From: Ruminococcus sp.
GTDB lineage: Bacteria > Bacillota > Clostridia > Oscillospirales > Acutalibacteraceae
Assembly: GCA_017458105.1 (NCBI GenBank)
Contig: JAFTGC010000005.1
Span: 47,824-111,823 of the forward strand
DNA length: 64,000 bases
Direction: 5' to 3'
Numbering within the stretch: position 1 is the first letter of the stretch; each line of letters begins with the position of its first letter. The notes beneath the pieces are model-generated. The model worked only from the letters and a program-made list of their open reading frames with translations. It did no database searches and was not told the DNA's origin. Of the stretch, positions 30,755 to 41,402 are shown piece after piece. A program made the translations under genes and the position numbers.

Positions 30755-33166
30755 ATGGAATTTAAAAGAGTAGTGTTTAATCCCAAAAACTTGTTTTTAT
30801 TTATGTTTGTTGTTCTGATAAGTGTTGGATTGTATATTAACTCTCAGTTTAAAAATGAAGAATACAGTGACTATAACGTTACAGAAATAAACACTTTAAG
30901 GGAACAGCTTGTTGATGAACTGAAAAGTTACCCTCCTGAAAAGCGGACTGAAATTGTTACAAGTAAACTTACATACACAACAACACTTTGTGATTTGATT
31001 GATTATGATAATTTGAAATCTAAAGATTACAAGGCATATGAACAAACCTGGATGGAAAGTGAAGAACAGTTACGCGATGAAAATAAAGAAATTGCAAAGT
31101 ATTATGATGAAAATAAAAAGACTTTAGATATTAATAATCTGTATGTTCAGCAGAAGGTCCTTACGCAGCTTTCCAATCAAATTGAATATATCAACGGCTA
31201 CCCTGCTTATCTTGAAAGTATTGATGCCAGTGCAAGCAATATGAATAACATCAGTATTTTCAAAACAGAGGACGATACTGTAAGCGATAACATCAAAAAA
31301 ACAGTGCAGGACTATTCCAATCTAAAAAATGTAGAACTTTCAATTGGTATAGATGAACCTATTACTACTGTGGTTAATTCTGAACTGCCTGGTTATTTGC
31401 TGATAATTTTCAGCTTATTTGTAATTTTCACTTTCTTGGAAGAAAGAAAGCAAGGCTTGTGGACGCTGATATATTCAACCCCAAACGGAAGATTGCGTCT
31501 TGCCTTAAAAAGGGCAGGCGTCCTTTCAATTGTAATTGCTGTGGCAACTGTCATTATGTATATATGTATGTTTGTAACAGCATTTGTATTTTATGGCGGA
31601 ACGGTAGATTTATCAAGAAATGTTCAGTCCATAGATATGTTCAAAAATTTCATTTTCCCAATGTCAGAGCTTCAGTTTATATTATTTTATATTGGCATAA
31701 TTGTATTAATGCAATTAACCCTTGCCTTTATGCTTTGGTTCATTTTTTCATTTATACAGAATATAACTTTTGCTTTTGGTATAACAGGTGTGATTTTTGC
31801 AGGAGAATTTTTGCTATACTACTACCTGCCTTATCAAAATTATTTTTCCCTTTTCAAATGTATAAATTTATTTAATTTTGTAAATCCCGCAGACGGAATT
31901 ATAAAGTACAGAAATCTTGAAACCTTCGGATTTACATTAAATATGTTTAACTTGCTCATTATCGGGGCAATAGTTTGTTCTGCTGCTTTTGTAATATCGG
32001 CTGTAATAACTCTTGCATTAAAGCGACCAAATAAAACCTCAACAAAAATTGAAATTCAAATTTTAAAACTTGTTGCAAAGGTAAAGTATATCTTTTGGAT
32101 AATAGTTGAAAAGTTCACACTCATCGGTTATGAATTTTACAAAATTTTATTTATACAAAAGGGTCTTATAGTTGCCATTGTGTTTGTTTTTGTTCTTTTT
32201 AATTCTATTAATACTGACAAAATATATTACAGTGCAACTGACAGTATAGTGAATAATTTCTACAAAGAATACGGTGGTAAAGATATTAATAATGCTGAAA
32301 AATATCTGCAAAATTTAGCAAAAGAAATTGAAGATGTTGATAAAGAGTTTGAAAAGTCTATAATTGACTTCAAAAATAACAAAATTACAAGTGAAGAATA
32401 TCTAAACAAAAAAATGAAATCTTTGGCTTTTGAAAGCAAACGAGAAGCACTTGAAATCCTGAATGAAAGATTATCCTACGCAAAGGAAAATAATTTGTGG
32501 ATGGTAAATCCTTTGGGTTATAATATTCTGTTAGGCGAAGAGGGCGACAGTCAACAAACAGTAAATGCAATTTTATCAATTTTTGTATTAATTATTTTGT
32601 TGAGCGGTATATTTGCATATGAGAATAAATCCAATGTGTATTATATAATGAAAGCTACATACGGCGGGCGGAATTACATATTCAGAAAAAAGATAACTGT
32701 GGCCTCAGTTATTGCAGTGTTCCTATGGTTTGTGATGAGTGCATCTGATTTTTACAATGTGCTCGCAAATTATAATCTTCAAAGTTTTACCGCCCCTGTT
32801 AAAAGTCTTATGTTTTTAACGAATTTACCGTTTGAAACTTCTATAATAACCTATGTGATTTTAGTATATTTAATCAGGCTTGCTATGATTTTGTGTGTAG
32901 CATACATTATTTGTTTTGTTTCGATTTTTACAAAATATGAAGTGTGTATTGCATTATTATCAGTTGTGTTGGTTGTGCCGTCACTTCTGTATGTTCTTGG
33001 AATTGAAATGTTCAAATACTTGTCGTTATCAATTCTTGTTTCGGCTTCAAATTTATTAAGGGAATGTGCAGGTTTTACCTTTGTGATTCCAATAGTATTA
33101 GTAACAATTTTAGGCGTAGCAGGATTGATTTTTTCAAACAAAAGGTGGTGCAAAAATGGAACTTGA
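30755..33166 (+). CDS. Large ABC permease with two tandem ABC-2-like halves
   Basis: Two TM-ectodomain-TM-bundle units with motifs FLEERKQGLWTLIYSTPNGR and FAYENKSNVYYIMKATYGGR. Confidence 0.8.
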   Translation: MEFKRVVFNPKNLFLFMFVVLISVGLYINSQFKNEEYSDYNVTEINTLREQLVDELKSYPPEKRTEIVTSKLTYTTTLCDLIDYDNLKSKDYKAYEQTWMESEEQLRDENKEIAKYYDENKKTLDINNLYVQQKVLTQLSNQIEYINGYPAYLESIDASASNMNNISIFKTEDDTVSDNIKKTVQDYSNLKNVELSIGIDEPITTVVNSELPGYLLIIFSLFVIFTFLEERKQGLWTLIYSTPNGRLRLALKRAGVLSIVIAVATVIMYICMFVTAFVFYGGTVDLSRNVQSIDMFKNFIFPMSELQFILFYIGIIVLMQLTLAFMLWFIFSFIQNITFAFGITGVIFAGEFLLYYYLPYQNYFSLFKCINLFNFVNPADGIIKYRNLETFGFTLNMFNLLIIGAIVCSAAFVISAVITLALKRPNKTSTKIEIQILKLVAKVKYIFWIIVEKFTLIGYEFYKILFIQKGLIVAIVFVFVLFNSINTDKIYYSATDSIVNNFYKEYGGKDINNAEKYLQNLAKEIEDVDKEFEKSIIDFKNNKITSEEYLNKKMKSLAFESKREALEILNERLSYAKENNLWMVNPLGYNILLGEEGDSQQTVNAILSIFVLIILLSGIFAYENKSNVYYIMKATYGGRNYIFRKKITVASVIAVFLWFVMSASDFYNVLANYNLQSFTAPVKSLMFLTNLPFETSIITYVILVYLIRLAMILCVAYIICFVSIFTKYEVCIALLSVVLVVPSLLYVLGIEMFKYLSLSILVSASNLLRECAGFTFVIPIVLVTILGVAGLIFSNKRWCKNGT

Positions 33167-34025
33167 AATTAAAAATCTCAACAAGTTTTACGGCGAATAT
33201 CAGGCATTGGACAATATTAATATAAAAATCACTCAAGGAGTTTATGGGCTTTTGGGTGCCAACGGAGCAGGAAAATCCACACTTATGAACCTGATTACCG
33301 ATAATGTAAAGAAAACTTCCGGAGAAATACTGTTTAATGGAGTTGACATTTTAAAGCTGGGAAAATCCTTTAGAAAAGAACTGGGATATATGCCGCAGCA
33401 ACAGGGATTTTACGATAAATTTTCAGCCAGAGCATTTGTACTTTATATGGCAGGCCTAAAAGGTTTATCAAGGAAACAGGCAAAGGAAGAAACCGACCAT
33501 CTGTTAAAGGTTGTAAACCTTGATAAAGTGGCTCACAAAAAAATCGGTGAGTTTTCAGGAGGAATGAAACAGAGAGTTTTACTGGCTCAGGCGTTGCTTG
33601 GCAACCCAAAGGTGTTGCTTCTTGATGAACCCACAGCAGGTCTTGATCCAAAGGAAAGGATAAGAATACGCAACTTTATCAGCGAAATAGCAGAGGATAA
33701 AATCGTACTTATTTCAACTCATGTTGTGTCTGACATTGAGTTTATAGCTAAGGAGGTTATTTTATTAAAGCAGGGCAAGCTTGTGTCACACAACACCTGC
33801 AATAACCTGACAAAAGAGATAGAAAATAAGGTCTTTGAAGTAGAAATCGAAAAGGAAAATCTAAAATATTTTCAAAGTAATTACCGTGTTTCAAATCTGT
33901 TTTATATGGGTGACAAAATCATCGTCCGCATAGTAACAGATAATCCGCCAAAAGATTATGTAAAAACCCCCGTATCTCCAACTCTTGAGGACTTGTATTT
34001 GTATGTGTTTGAAAATGGTAAATAG
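33156..34025 (+). CDS. ABC transporter ATP-binding protein
   Basis: GANGAGKST, FSGGMKQ, LLLDEPTAGLD, STH. Confidence 0.95.
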   Translation: MELEIKNLNKFYGEYQALDNINIKITQGVYGLLGANGAGKSTLMNLITDNVKKTSGEILFNGVDILKLGKSFRKELGYMPQQQGFYDKFSARAFVLYMAGLKGLSRKQAKEETDHLLKVVNLDKVAHKKIGEFSGGMKQRVLLAQALLGNPKVLLLDEPTAGLDPKERIRIRNFISEIAEDKIVLISTHVVSDIEFIAKEVILLKQGKLVSHNTCNNLTKEIENKVFEVEIEKENLKYFQSNYRVSNLFYMGDKIIVRIVTDNPPKDYVKTPVSPTLEDLYLYVFENGK

Positions 34026-34118
34026 ATAAAACGACTGTTTCTGAAAACTAAGGTCAAATTAATTGCTCGTATTTTTCAATGCGGGCTTTGATTTTATCCT
34101 ATTACTAAAATGAATTGG

Positions 34119-34991
34119 TCAAAGTTTATTTGCTTTATTTATGACAGTGTGATGTATCTCATTGAAGAATGATGAGAATTTTTTCTTATCTTTATTTAAA
34201 CACGCTATATAGTATGTGTAGTGTGCGTTTGCCTCATTAATCGGGATATATATTCTTTCGCTTAATGTTTGTTCGGTTGCCAAAATTCCGTCTGATGAAA
34301 ATGCAGGAAAGTTAGTGCCTTCAATAAGCTCAAGCAGTGAATCTCTGTCAACCTGAACAAGAAAATCTGTGTTTTTCATATATTCTTCACAAACACTCTT
34401 CCAAAATCCTATATGTTGAAATAATAAAAACTTTTCACCATCTAAATCGTTGAATTTTACGCTTTGTTTTTTAGCAAGCCTGTGATTTTCGGGAACGGAA
34501 ATGTAGAGATGTTCGTCAATGTAGCTTTGACAGAAAATTTCTGAATCTTCAGACGGTTCGTTGAGAATACATATTTTATAAATGCCGTTTTTAAGCCCGT
34601 TAATAAGTTGTTTGCCGTAAATCAGCTCGGTTGAAATTGTCATTTCACCAAAGTGTTTTTGCAAAATAGGCATTAACTGCGTCATAGGAAAGGGTGCACA
34701 CGAACCAACATTTATGCTGTGCAGGCTTTTATCAAATGCTCTGATGCGGATAACCATTTCTCTGTTTTGATTTATATTTGCCTGAGCCAGTCGGGCGGCA
34801 AGATCACCTGTTTCGTTTAGTGCGATTTTTTTGTTTTTACGCACAAACAAATTCACGCCTAATTCAGTTTCTAATTTTTGCATAGAACGGCTTAGTGCAG
34901 GTTGAGAGATGTGCAGCTTATCGGCTGCTTTTGAAAGTGTACCGTATTTTGCAAATGCCACCAGTTGTTCAAGAAGATAAATTTCAATCAT
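34119..34991 (-). CDS. LysR-family transcriptional regulator
   Basis: SKAADKLHISQPALSRSMQKLE HTH, LFVR; divergent from oxidoreductases. Confidence 0.95.
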   Translation of the reverse strand: MIEIYLLEQLVAFAKYGTLSKAADKLHISQPALSRSMQKLETELGVNLFVRKNKKIALNETGDLAARLAQANINQNREMVIRIRAFDKSLHSINVGSCAPFPMTQLMPILQKHFGEMTISTELIYGKQLINGLKNGIYKICILNEPSEDSEIFCQSYIDEHLYISVPENHRLAKKQSVKFNDLDGEKFLLFQHIGFWKSVCEEYMKNTDFLVQVDRDSLLELIEGTNFPAFSSDGILATEQTLSERIYIPINEANAHYTYYIACLNKDKKKFSSFFNEIHHTVINKANKL

Positions 34992-35003
34992 AAAATTCTC
35001 CTA

Positions 35004-35024
35004 CATATAACTTACAGTTATATG
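35004..35024. promoter_or_regulatory. Putative LysR binding site
   Basis: CATATAACT-TAC-AGTTATATG inverted repeat containing T-N11-A, just upstream of the LysR gene. Confidence 0.65.
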
Positions 35025-35178
35025 ATTATAAAAAATAAGCACTTTACTTTTTAGTGATTATATCATATAATTTTACTATGTTCAAATTAAATTATATAAA
35101 TAAGTTGGATTAATCAAGTCCTTATATGTATTCTGAAAAATCGTCTTAAATCAGTAAGTATTAAAAGGGGAGAGTACT

Positions 35179-36336
35179 ATGAATAATTTTACCTACAGCT
35201 ATCCGGTTAAAGTTTATTTTGGTGAAGGAGTTGCCAAAAACAGTCTTGTTGCAGAACTTAGTAAATACGGTAAAAATGTTCTTTTTGCTTACGGTGGCGG
35301 CTCAATTAAGCAGCACGGAATTTACGATGAGATAACTACTATTCTAAAAGAAACAGGCAAAAAGATAATTGAGTTTTCAGGTATAATGTCAAACCCAACA
35401 TATGCAAAGGTGCAAGAAGGAGCAAGACTTGCAAAAGAAAATGATGTTGATTTTATTCTGGCTGTGGGCGGAGGCTCCGTTATAGATTGCTGTAAAATAG
35501 TGTCTGCACAGGCAAACTGTGATACCGATATATGGGAGCTTGAATATACAGAACATAAACAACCAAATAAATTTATTCCTATGGGAGCAGTTGTTACCGC
35601 CTTTGGAACAGGTGCCGAGATGAATAGCGGTGCGGTTATTACCAACGAAGATAAAATGCTAAAATCTGCACTGTGGGGAGCATCTTACCACTTTGCTGTT
35701 CTTGATGTGAATTACACAATGACTATGCCTGTCAGGCAGGTTATTTCAGGCTCTTTTGATACGCTAAGTCATTGTATGGAAACTTACTTCGGTACTCCTC
35801 GTGAAAATAATCTCAGTGACGAAATTAATGAAGCAGTTATGAGGAATGTTATTAGAAATATGCGTGCAACCCTTAAAAATCCAAAAGATAAGTTTGTACG
35901 CAGCGAGCTTATCTGGGCGTCGGCTATGGGTGAAAACGGAATCTTAAAGCTTGGCAAGGTAACAGATTTTCAGGCACATATGATTGAACATCAGCTTGGA
36001 GCTTATACCAATTGTAACCACGGCTTTGGGCTTGCGGTTATTCATCCGGTGTTATACAAGCATATTTACAAAAATGCCACAGAACGCTTTGCTCATTTTG
36101 CTACAACAGTTTTAGGCATTGAAAGAAATGAAAAAACAGACGATGAACTTGCACTCGCAGGTATTGAAGCACTGGCAAGTTTTATAAAAGAAGTTGGTTT
36201 GCCGACAAAATTCAGTGAGATGGGCATTACTGATGTTGATTATAAAGCAATTGCAAACTCAACAGTCACTACTGCAGGGTGTTGCAAAAAGCTGACTGCA
36301 GATGAAATACTTGAAATTCTTGAAGAATGTAGATAA
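35179..36336 (+). CDS. Iron-containing alcohol dehydrogenase (BDH/YqhD-like)
   Basis: YGGGS, AVGGGSVID, GTGAE, D..SH..E, HMIEH, HG. Confidence 0.92.
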   Translation: MNNFTYSYPVKVYFGEGVAKNSLVAELSKYGKNVLFAYGGGSIKQHGIYDEITTILKETGKKIIEFSGIMSNPTYAKVQEGARLAKENDVDFILAVGGGSVIDCCKIVSAQANCDTDIWELEYTEHKQPNKFIPMGAVVTAFGTGAEMNSGAVITNEDKMLKSALWGASYHFAVLDVNYTMTMPVRQVISGSFDTLSHCMETYFGTPRENNLSDEINEAVMRNVIRNMRATLKNPKDKFVRSELIWASAMGENGILKLGKVTDFQAHMIEHQLGAYTNCNHGFGLAVIHPVLYKHIYKNATERFAHFATTVLGIERNEKTDDELALAGIEALASFIKEVGLPTKFSEMGITDVDYKAIANSTVTTAGCCKKLTADEILEILEECR

Positions 36337-36362
36337 AATAAACAAAATAAGGAGTTTTTACA

Positions 36363-36923
36363 ATGAGCAGAAAAAATTTTGGAGCAAAGCCGTTTTTATA
36401 TCCTCAGCCGGTTATGATTATAGGTACTTATGATGAAAACGGAAAGGCTAATGCTATGAATGCCGCTTGGGGAGGAATTGTCGGAATGAACGAAATTCTT
36501 GTTGACCTTGGCAGTCATAAAACAACCGAAAATATCATTAAAACTAAGGCTTTTACAGTCAGCATTGCGGATGCAGAGCATGTTGTAGCCTGTGATTATG
36601 TCGGCGTAGAATCCGGCAATAAAGAGCCTGAAAAAATGAAAAAAGCAGGCTTTACCACAACTAAAAGTGAGTTTGTAAATGCACCTGTAATTAACGAACT
36701 TCCTTTGGTTTTGGAGTGTGAACTTAAAGAAGTTATTGGCAACAAGTACATTGGCGAAATCAAAAATGCAAGTGCAGACGAGAGTATCCTTGGCGAAGAC
36801 GGCGAGATTGACCTCGACAAATTCAGTCCTATTACCTATGATACAGTTCATCACGGCTACTATAAGCTTGGTGAAAGGGTAGGCAACGCATTTAAAGACG
36901 GCTTAAAGCTAAAGAATAACTGA
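36363..36923 (+). CDS. Flavin reductase / flavoredoxin family protein
   Basis: YPQPV, NAMNAAWG, D..G..SG....K, AP.I.E.P..LEC. Confidence 0.88.
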   Translation: MSRKNFGAKPFLYPQPVMIIGTYDENGKANAMNAAWGGIVGMNEILVDLGSHKTTENIIKTKAFTVSIADAEHVVACDYVGVESGNKEPEKMKKAGFTTTKSEFVNAPVINELPLVLECELKEVIGNKYIGEIKNASADESILGEDGEIDLDKFSPITYDTVHHGYYKLGERVGNAFKDGLKLKNN

Positions 36924-36965
36924 TTAAATCAGCGGTTTTATAAAATAATTTTGGAGAATTTTATT

Positions 36966-37829
36966 ATGGAATTTATTACTCTTAACAATGGAACAAAAAT
37001 GCCTCTTGAAGGTTTTGGCGTTTTTCAGATTCCCGATGCTTCCGAGTGTGAAAAGGTTGTTTACAATGCTTTAAAAACAGGTTACCGCCTGATAGACACT
37101 GCAGCAGCATATATGAACGAAGAAGCTGTAGGTAAGACAGTGGCAAGGGCTATTGCAGAAGGTATTGTTACGCGTGATGAACTTTTTATTACAACAAAGG
37201 TTTGGGTTCAAGATCAAAAAACAGAAAAAACAGCCTATGAAGCCGTAAAGACATCTCTTTCAAAACTAAATCTTGAATATGTGAACCTGATTCTTTTGCA
37301 TCAACCTATGGGTGACTACTTTGCCGCTTATCGTGGTATTGAAAGGGCTTATGAGGAAGGATTGACTCGTGCTATAGGTGTTTCTAACTTTTATCCTGCT
37401 GTTTTGACTAATTTTTGTGAGAATGTAAAGACGGTTCCTGCCGTAAATCAAATCGAACTTCATCCTTATTTTTCACAGTCCGACGCACTCGAAAATATGA
37501 AAACTTACGGGATAATACCTCAGGCATGGGGCCCGCTTGCGGAGGGTAAACACGGTATTTTTACAGATCCCGAGATTTCTGCAATAGGAGAAAAATACGG
37601 AAAATCCAATGCTCAGGTTGTTCTTCGCTGGAACACTCAGCGTGGCGTTTCTGTCATTCCAAAGTCGGTGAAAGTTGAGAGAATGGAGCAAAATATTGAT
37701 ATATGGGATTTCACTTTGACTGATGATGAAATGGCAGTTATCAACGCAAAAGACCTTGGTCACAGTGAAATAGTTGACCATAGTAATGTCGGTTTTGTTA
37801 AAGCTCTCAATGGAATGAATATTCACTAA
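36966..37829 (+). CDS. Aldo/keto reductase
   Basis: IDTAAAY, TTK, LLH, IGVSNF, NQIELHP, IPKS; ATG 36966 after GGAG. Confidence 0.93.
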   Translation: MEFITLNNGTKMPLEGFGVFQIPDASECEKVVYNALKTGYRLIDTAAAYMNEEAVGKTVARAIAEGIVTRDELFITTKVWVQDQKTEKTAYEAVKTSLSKLNLEYVNLILLHQPMGDYFAAYRGIERAYEEGLTRAIGVSNFYPAVLTNFCENVKTVPAVNQIELHPYFSQSDALENMKTYGIIPQAWGPLAEGKHGIFTDPEISAIGEKYGKSNAQVVLRWNTQRGVSVIPKSVKVERMEQNIDIWDFTLTDDEMAVINAKDLGHSEIVDHSNVGFVKALNGMNIH

Positions 37830-37875
37830 TGTAGTTATTGTTATGGAAATAAAATGAAAAACAAATAATGAACTT

Positions 37876-37912
37876 AAAAAATCTCTCTGCCAATGTTGCG
37901 GAGAGATTTTTT
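37876..37912 (+). terminator. Intrinsic terminator
   Basis: AAAAAATCTCTCTGC / GCGGAGAGATTTTTT. Confidence 0.85.
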
Positions 37913-38128
37913 CGTTTGCTACTGAGCGTTAAGTTTATTTATGCGGATATTCATTTTTAAATTAATTCTTACAAGCTGATTTTACTGCAATAATCAAAAT
38001 CTGTCTATAATTTTAAACTATCATGCAAAAATTGAAATATGAAATACAAAATACTTTATAAAAATATCTATGGAAAAAGCGTGCAGTTTATGGTATGATA
38101 AGCATATACTTTAATAGGATGTGTTAAA

Positions 38129-38584
38129 ATGAAGGCTGTGTTACAGCGAGTCAGCTCTGCAAGTGTTGCTGTTGATGGCAAGGTTTGCGGAAGTTGTGAA
38201 AACGGATTTTTAATTTTACTTGGTGTAAAGCAGGGTGATACCGAGCAACAGGCGGATTTACTCGCCGAAAAGGTTGCCAATCTCAGGGTCTTTTCCGATG
38301 AAAACGGCAAAATGAATTTGTCGTTGCTTACAATCAACGGCGGTGCTCTCGTCATTTCAAATTTTACATTATATGCGGATTGTCACCACGGCAGACGACC
38401 TAATTTTCTCAATGCCGAAAAACCCGACAACGCAAACAGATTGTATGAATATTTTTGCTCACGGCTGACCTCCCTTGGTGTTTCCGGTGTTGAAAAGGGT
38501 GAGTTTGGGGCAGATATGCAAGTTAGTTTGGTTAATGACGGACCTGTTACTATTGTTCTTGATACAGATACAGAATTCAGATAA
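38129..38584 (+). CDS. dtd: D-aminoacyl-tRNA deacylase
   Basis: QRV, SNFTL, GRRP, FGADM, NDGPVT. Confidence 0.96.
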   Translation: MKAVLQRVSSASVAVDGKVCGSCENGFLILLGVKQGDTEQQADLLAEKVANLRVFSDENGKMNLSLLTINGGALVISNFTLYADCHHGRRPNFLNAEKPDNANRLYEYFCSRLTSLGVSGVEKGEFGADMQVSLVNDGPVTIVLDTDTEFR

Positions 38585-38590
38585 GGAAGT

Positions 38591-39241
38591 GTGATTATGA
38601 CAGAAGTTAAGTGCAGTACGGTCAGCATAATGGCAACAAACTGCTATATTATTATTGATAAAGATACCAAAGCATTGGCACTTGTAGACCCGGGAGTTTA
38701 TACGGATGAGGTATATAATAAATTGAAAGACCTCGGCGGTGATTTGAGGCTTATCCTGCTCACACACGGTCATTTTGATCACATAGGCGGTGTGGCTCGC
38801 TTTCAGGAGCTGTTCCCGTCCGCCGTAACTTATATAGGCAAAAATGACGCAGTTTGTCTGACGGACGACCACTACAACCTCAGCGACCGTATGTCAATTC
38901 GTAAGTTTCCGCATTTTTCGGCTGAGTTTCTCAGCGAGGGGGATGTTGTCAAGCTTGGTAATTCCGAGATTAAGTTTATAGAAACACCCGGGCACACGGC
39001 AGGAAGTGGTTGTTTTATTGCTGATAACCGCATTTTTTCGGGTGATACACTGTTTATGCTGTCATGCGGTCGTACAGATTTCCCTAACTCTTCATCGTCT
39101 GCAATGATAAGAAGCTTAAAGAAACTCTCGCAAATTGAGGGTAACTACACAGTCTACCCGGGACACGGAGAATTTACAACCTTGCAGTATGAACGCACAA
39201 ATAACCCGTATATGAGCAACTATTATGAAGATATTTATTGA
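38591..39241 (+). CDS. MBL-fold metallo-hydrolase
   Basis: THGHFDH, TPGH, GDTLF, GRTD, PGHG; conserved dtd-MBL-hemZ order. Confidence 0.93.
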   Translation: MIMTEVKCSTVSIMATNCYIIIDKDTKALALVDPGVYTDEVYNKLKDLGGDLRLILLTHGHFDHIGGVARFQELFPSAVTYIGKNDAVCLTDDHYNLSDRMSIRKFPHFSAEFLSEGDVVKLGNSEIKFIETPGHTAGSGCFIADNRIFSGDTLFMLSCGRTDFPNSSSSAMIRSLKKLSQIEGNYTVYPGHGEFTTLQYERTNNPYMSNYYEDIY

Positions 39242-40667
39242 TAACCACACTTTTCGTTATGAGGTAGAGAATATCATACGGCTGTTTTTTCCTTATGAAA
39301 AGTTTGAAGTTGTGTATGGATTACCTGATGATGAAAAAAATTTCATATTTACGGAAGTTAGTTACGAGCTTGCAGTTACTGCTGTATTTGATAATTTTTC
39401 AAAAAGGTTAAGCGGTACAAAATCCGGTAATGAAAAAGAGGATGAAACTGCACTTTGTCGGTTGCTTTTTGATGTTTTGACAGAGTTTACAGGGATAACG
39501 GTGCCGTGGGGGATGATTACCGGTGTACGACCTGTTAAGTATCTGCGTTCAGTAATTGACAAAAAGGGAAGAGCTTTTGCAGAAGATTATTTTCGCAGCA
39601 CATACAAGGTGACGGAAGAAAAACTTGACCTTGCGGTTATGACCGAAGCGTACGAGAGAGAAATTCTTGATTCTTCAAAAGAAAAATCTTTTTCATTATA
39701 CATATCTATTCCGTTCTGCCCTACAAGGTGCAGTTATTGCAGTTTTGTATCGCAGTCTGTTTCACGCATAAAGCATTTGATTGAACCTTATATCGAGTTG
39801 TTGTGTGATGAGATTGCACGCACAGGCGAAATTGCAAAGCGTAATGATCTTTATCTGGAAACTGTCTATGTAGGTGGCGGAACGCCGACTACCCTTGAAC
39901 CGGAACAGTTGGCAAAGTTAATAAAAGCGGTAAACAATTCTTTTGATATGTCTACCTGTCGGGAGTTTACTGTTGAAGCGGGCAGACCCGACACAATCAC
40001 TGCCGAAAAGTTACATACCCTCAAAGAGGGAGGCATAACAAGAATAAGTATAAATCCCCAGACGCTGAATGACGCAGTGCTTGCCGAAATCGGAAGAAAA
40101 CACAACACGGAGCAAACTATGCAAGCGTTTAAAATCGCTTCACAGTGCGGATTCAAAACCGTAAATTCCGATTTAATTGCAGGACTTCCGTCCGATACGG
40201 TCGAGAGCTTTAAAAACAGTCTTGATACGCTGATTTCACTTGGAATTGAAAATATAACTGTTCATACACTTTCAATTAAACGCAGTGCCGATTATACCGA
40301 ACAAGGGCTTACCACCGATAGAAAAGACGCTGAACGAACAGGTAAAATGCTGCGTTATGCACATCAAGCTCTGCTAAAAAATGGCTACATACCGTACTAT
40401 CTTTACAGGCAAAGTAGAATGGTCGGCAATTTTGAAAATGTCGGCTGGGCAAAAAAGGGTCACGAGGGGCTTTACAATGTATTTATAATGGACGAAACCC
40501 ACTCAATACTTGCCTGCGGTGCGGGGGCGGTCACCAAACTTAAAAATCCACACACCGGTGACCTGCAACGAATATTCAATTACAAATTTCCGTTTGAATA
40601 TATAAATATGTATGACGAGATGATAAACCGCAAAAATTCAGTAAGAAATTTTTTCTCGAAATTATGA
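39225..40667 (+). CDS. hemZ: HemZ-like radical SAM protein
   Basis: PWG..TGVRP, CPTRCSYC, GGGTPT, EAGRPD, PYYLYRQ. Confidence 0.92.
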   Translation: MKIFIDNHTFRYEVENIIRLFFPYEKFEVVYGLPDDEKNFIFTEVSYELAVTAVFDNFSKRLSGTKSGNEKEDETALCRLLFDVLTEFTGITVPWGMITGVRPVKYLRSVIDKKGRAFAEDYFRSTYKVTEEKLDLAVMTEAYEREILDSSKEKSFSLYISIPFCPTRCSYCSFVSQSVSRIKHLIEPYIELLCDEIARTGEIAKRNDLYLETVYVGGGTPTTLEPEQLAKLIKAVNNSFDMSTCREFTVEAGRPDTITAEKLHTLKEGGITRISINPQTLNDAVLAEIGRKHNTEQTMQAFKIASQCGFKTVNSDLIAGLPSDTVESFKNSLDTLISLGIENITVHTLSIKRSADYTEQGLTTDRKDAERTGKMLRYAHQALLKNGYIPYYLYRQSRMVGNFENVGWAKKGHEGLYNVFIMDETHSILACGAGAVTKLKNPHTGDLQRIFNYKFPFEYINMYDEMINRKNSVRNFFSKL

Positions 40668-40676
40668 TAATAATGG

Positions 40677-40705
40677 TTGAATATTCAATTAATAAATGCT
40701 ATAAT
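40677..40705 (+). promoter_or_regulatory. SigA promoter with extended -10
   Basis: TTGAAT-17-TATAAT with TG. Confidence 0.7.
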
Positions 40706-40763
40706 CATATCAAGCCATTGGTTGGCACAAAAATCCTGAAAAGTTAACAAAGGAGTTATAAAA

Positions 40764-41246
40764 ATGGGATTAATTGATGATGTAATGGACAATGTACGCA
40801 CAGCAGCAACTACTGTTTCAAAAAAGACAAATAGCTTTGTGGATTATTCAAAACTAAAATTTACCGCTTCGGGTCTTGCTAACGAGATTAGAAAAAAATA
40901 TCAGACACTTGGCGAAGAAATTTATACAGCAAGCAAAATCGGTACAGAGGACAGCACCGCTGTTGAACAGTTGATTCAAGAGATTGACGCACTTAAGGAA
41001 CAGCTCCAAATTACAAACGAGCTTATCACTGCTGCAAAGCATAAGATCACTTGCCCGGTTTGCAAGGCAGAGCTTGACAGAGAGAGTTTATTTTGCAACA
41101 AATGCGGAACAAAGGTTGAAGATGTTCCGGTTGCTTCAACAGAAGAGGACTTAACAGAAGAAGATGAAGAAGTTGTTGTTGAAGATCCTTTCAAAGAAGT
41201 TGTTGTAAAGAGTGATTCTGACGAGGATGCAGACATTCAGGACTAA
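40764..41246 (+). CDS. Coiled-coil zinc-ribbon protein with acidic tail
   Basis: CPVC...FCNKCG; RBS AAGGAG. Confidence 0.85.
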   Translation: MGLIDDVMDNVRTAATTVSKKTNSFVDYSKLKFTASGLANEIRKKYQTLGEEIYTASKIGTEDSTAVEQLIQEIDALKEQLQITNELITAAKHKITCPVCKAELDRESLFCNKCGTKVEDVPVASTEEDLTEEDEEVVVEDPFKEVVVKSDSDEDADIQD

Positions 41247-41256
41247 CTCATATTCA

Positions 41257-41285
41257 GAAACACCGTTTTAGCGGTGTTTCGTTTT
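41257..41285 (+). terminator. Intrinsic terminator
   Basis: GAAACACCG / CGGTGTTTC then GTTTT. Confidence 0.7.
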
Positions 41286-41402
41286 AAAATAAAAAATTCG
41301 GGCTGTAGCAATTTCCCGGTTGAATCAAGACTATGCAAAAATTTGTTTATCGTCAAGAGCCTGCCGTTTCGCTGCAGTCTATTTGTTTGTAGGTGATTAA
41401 TT

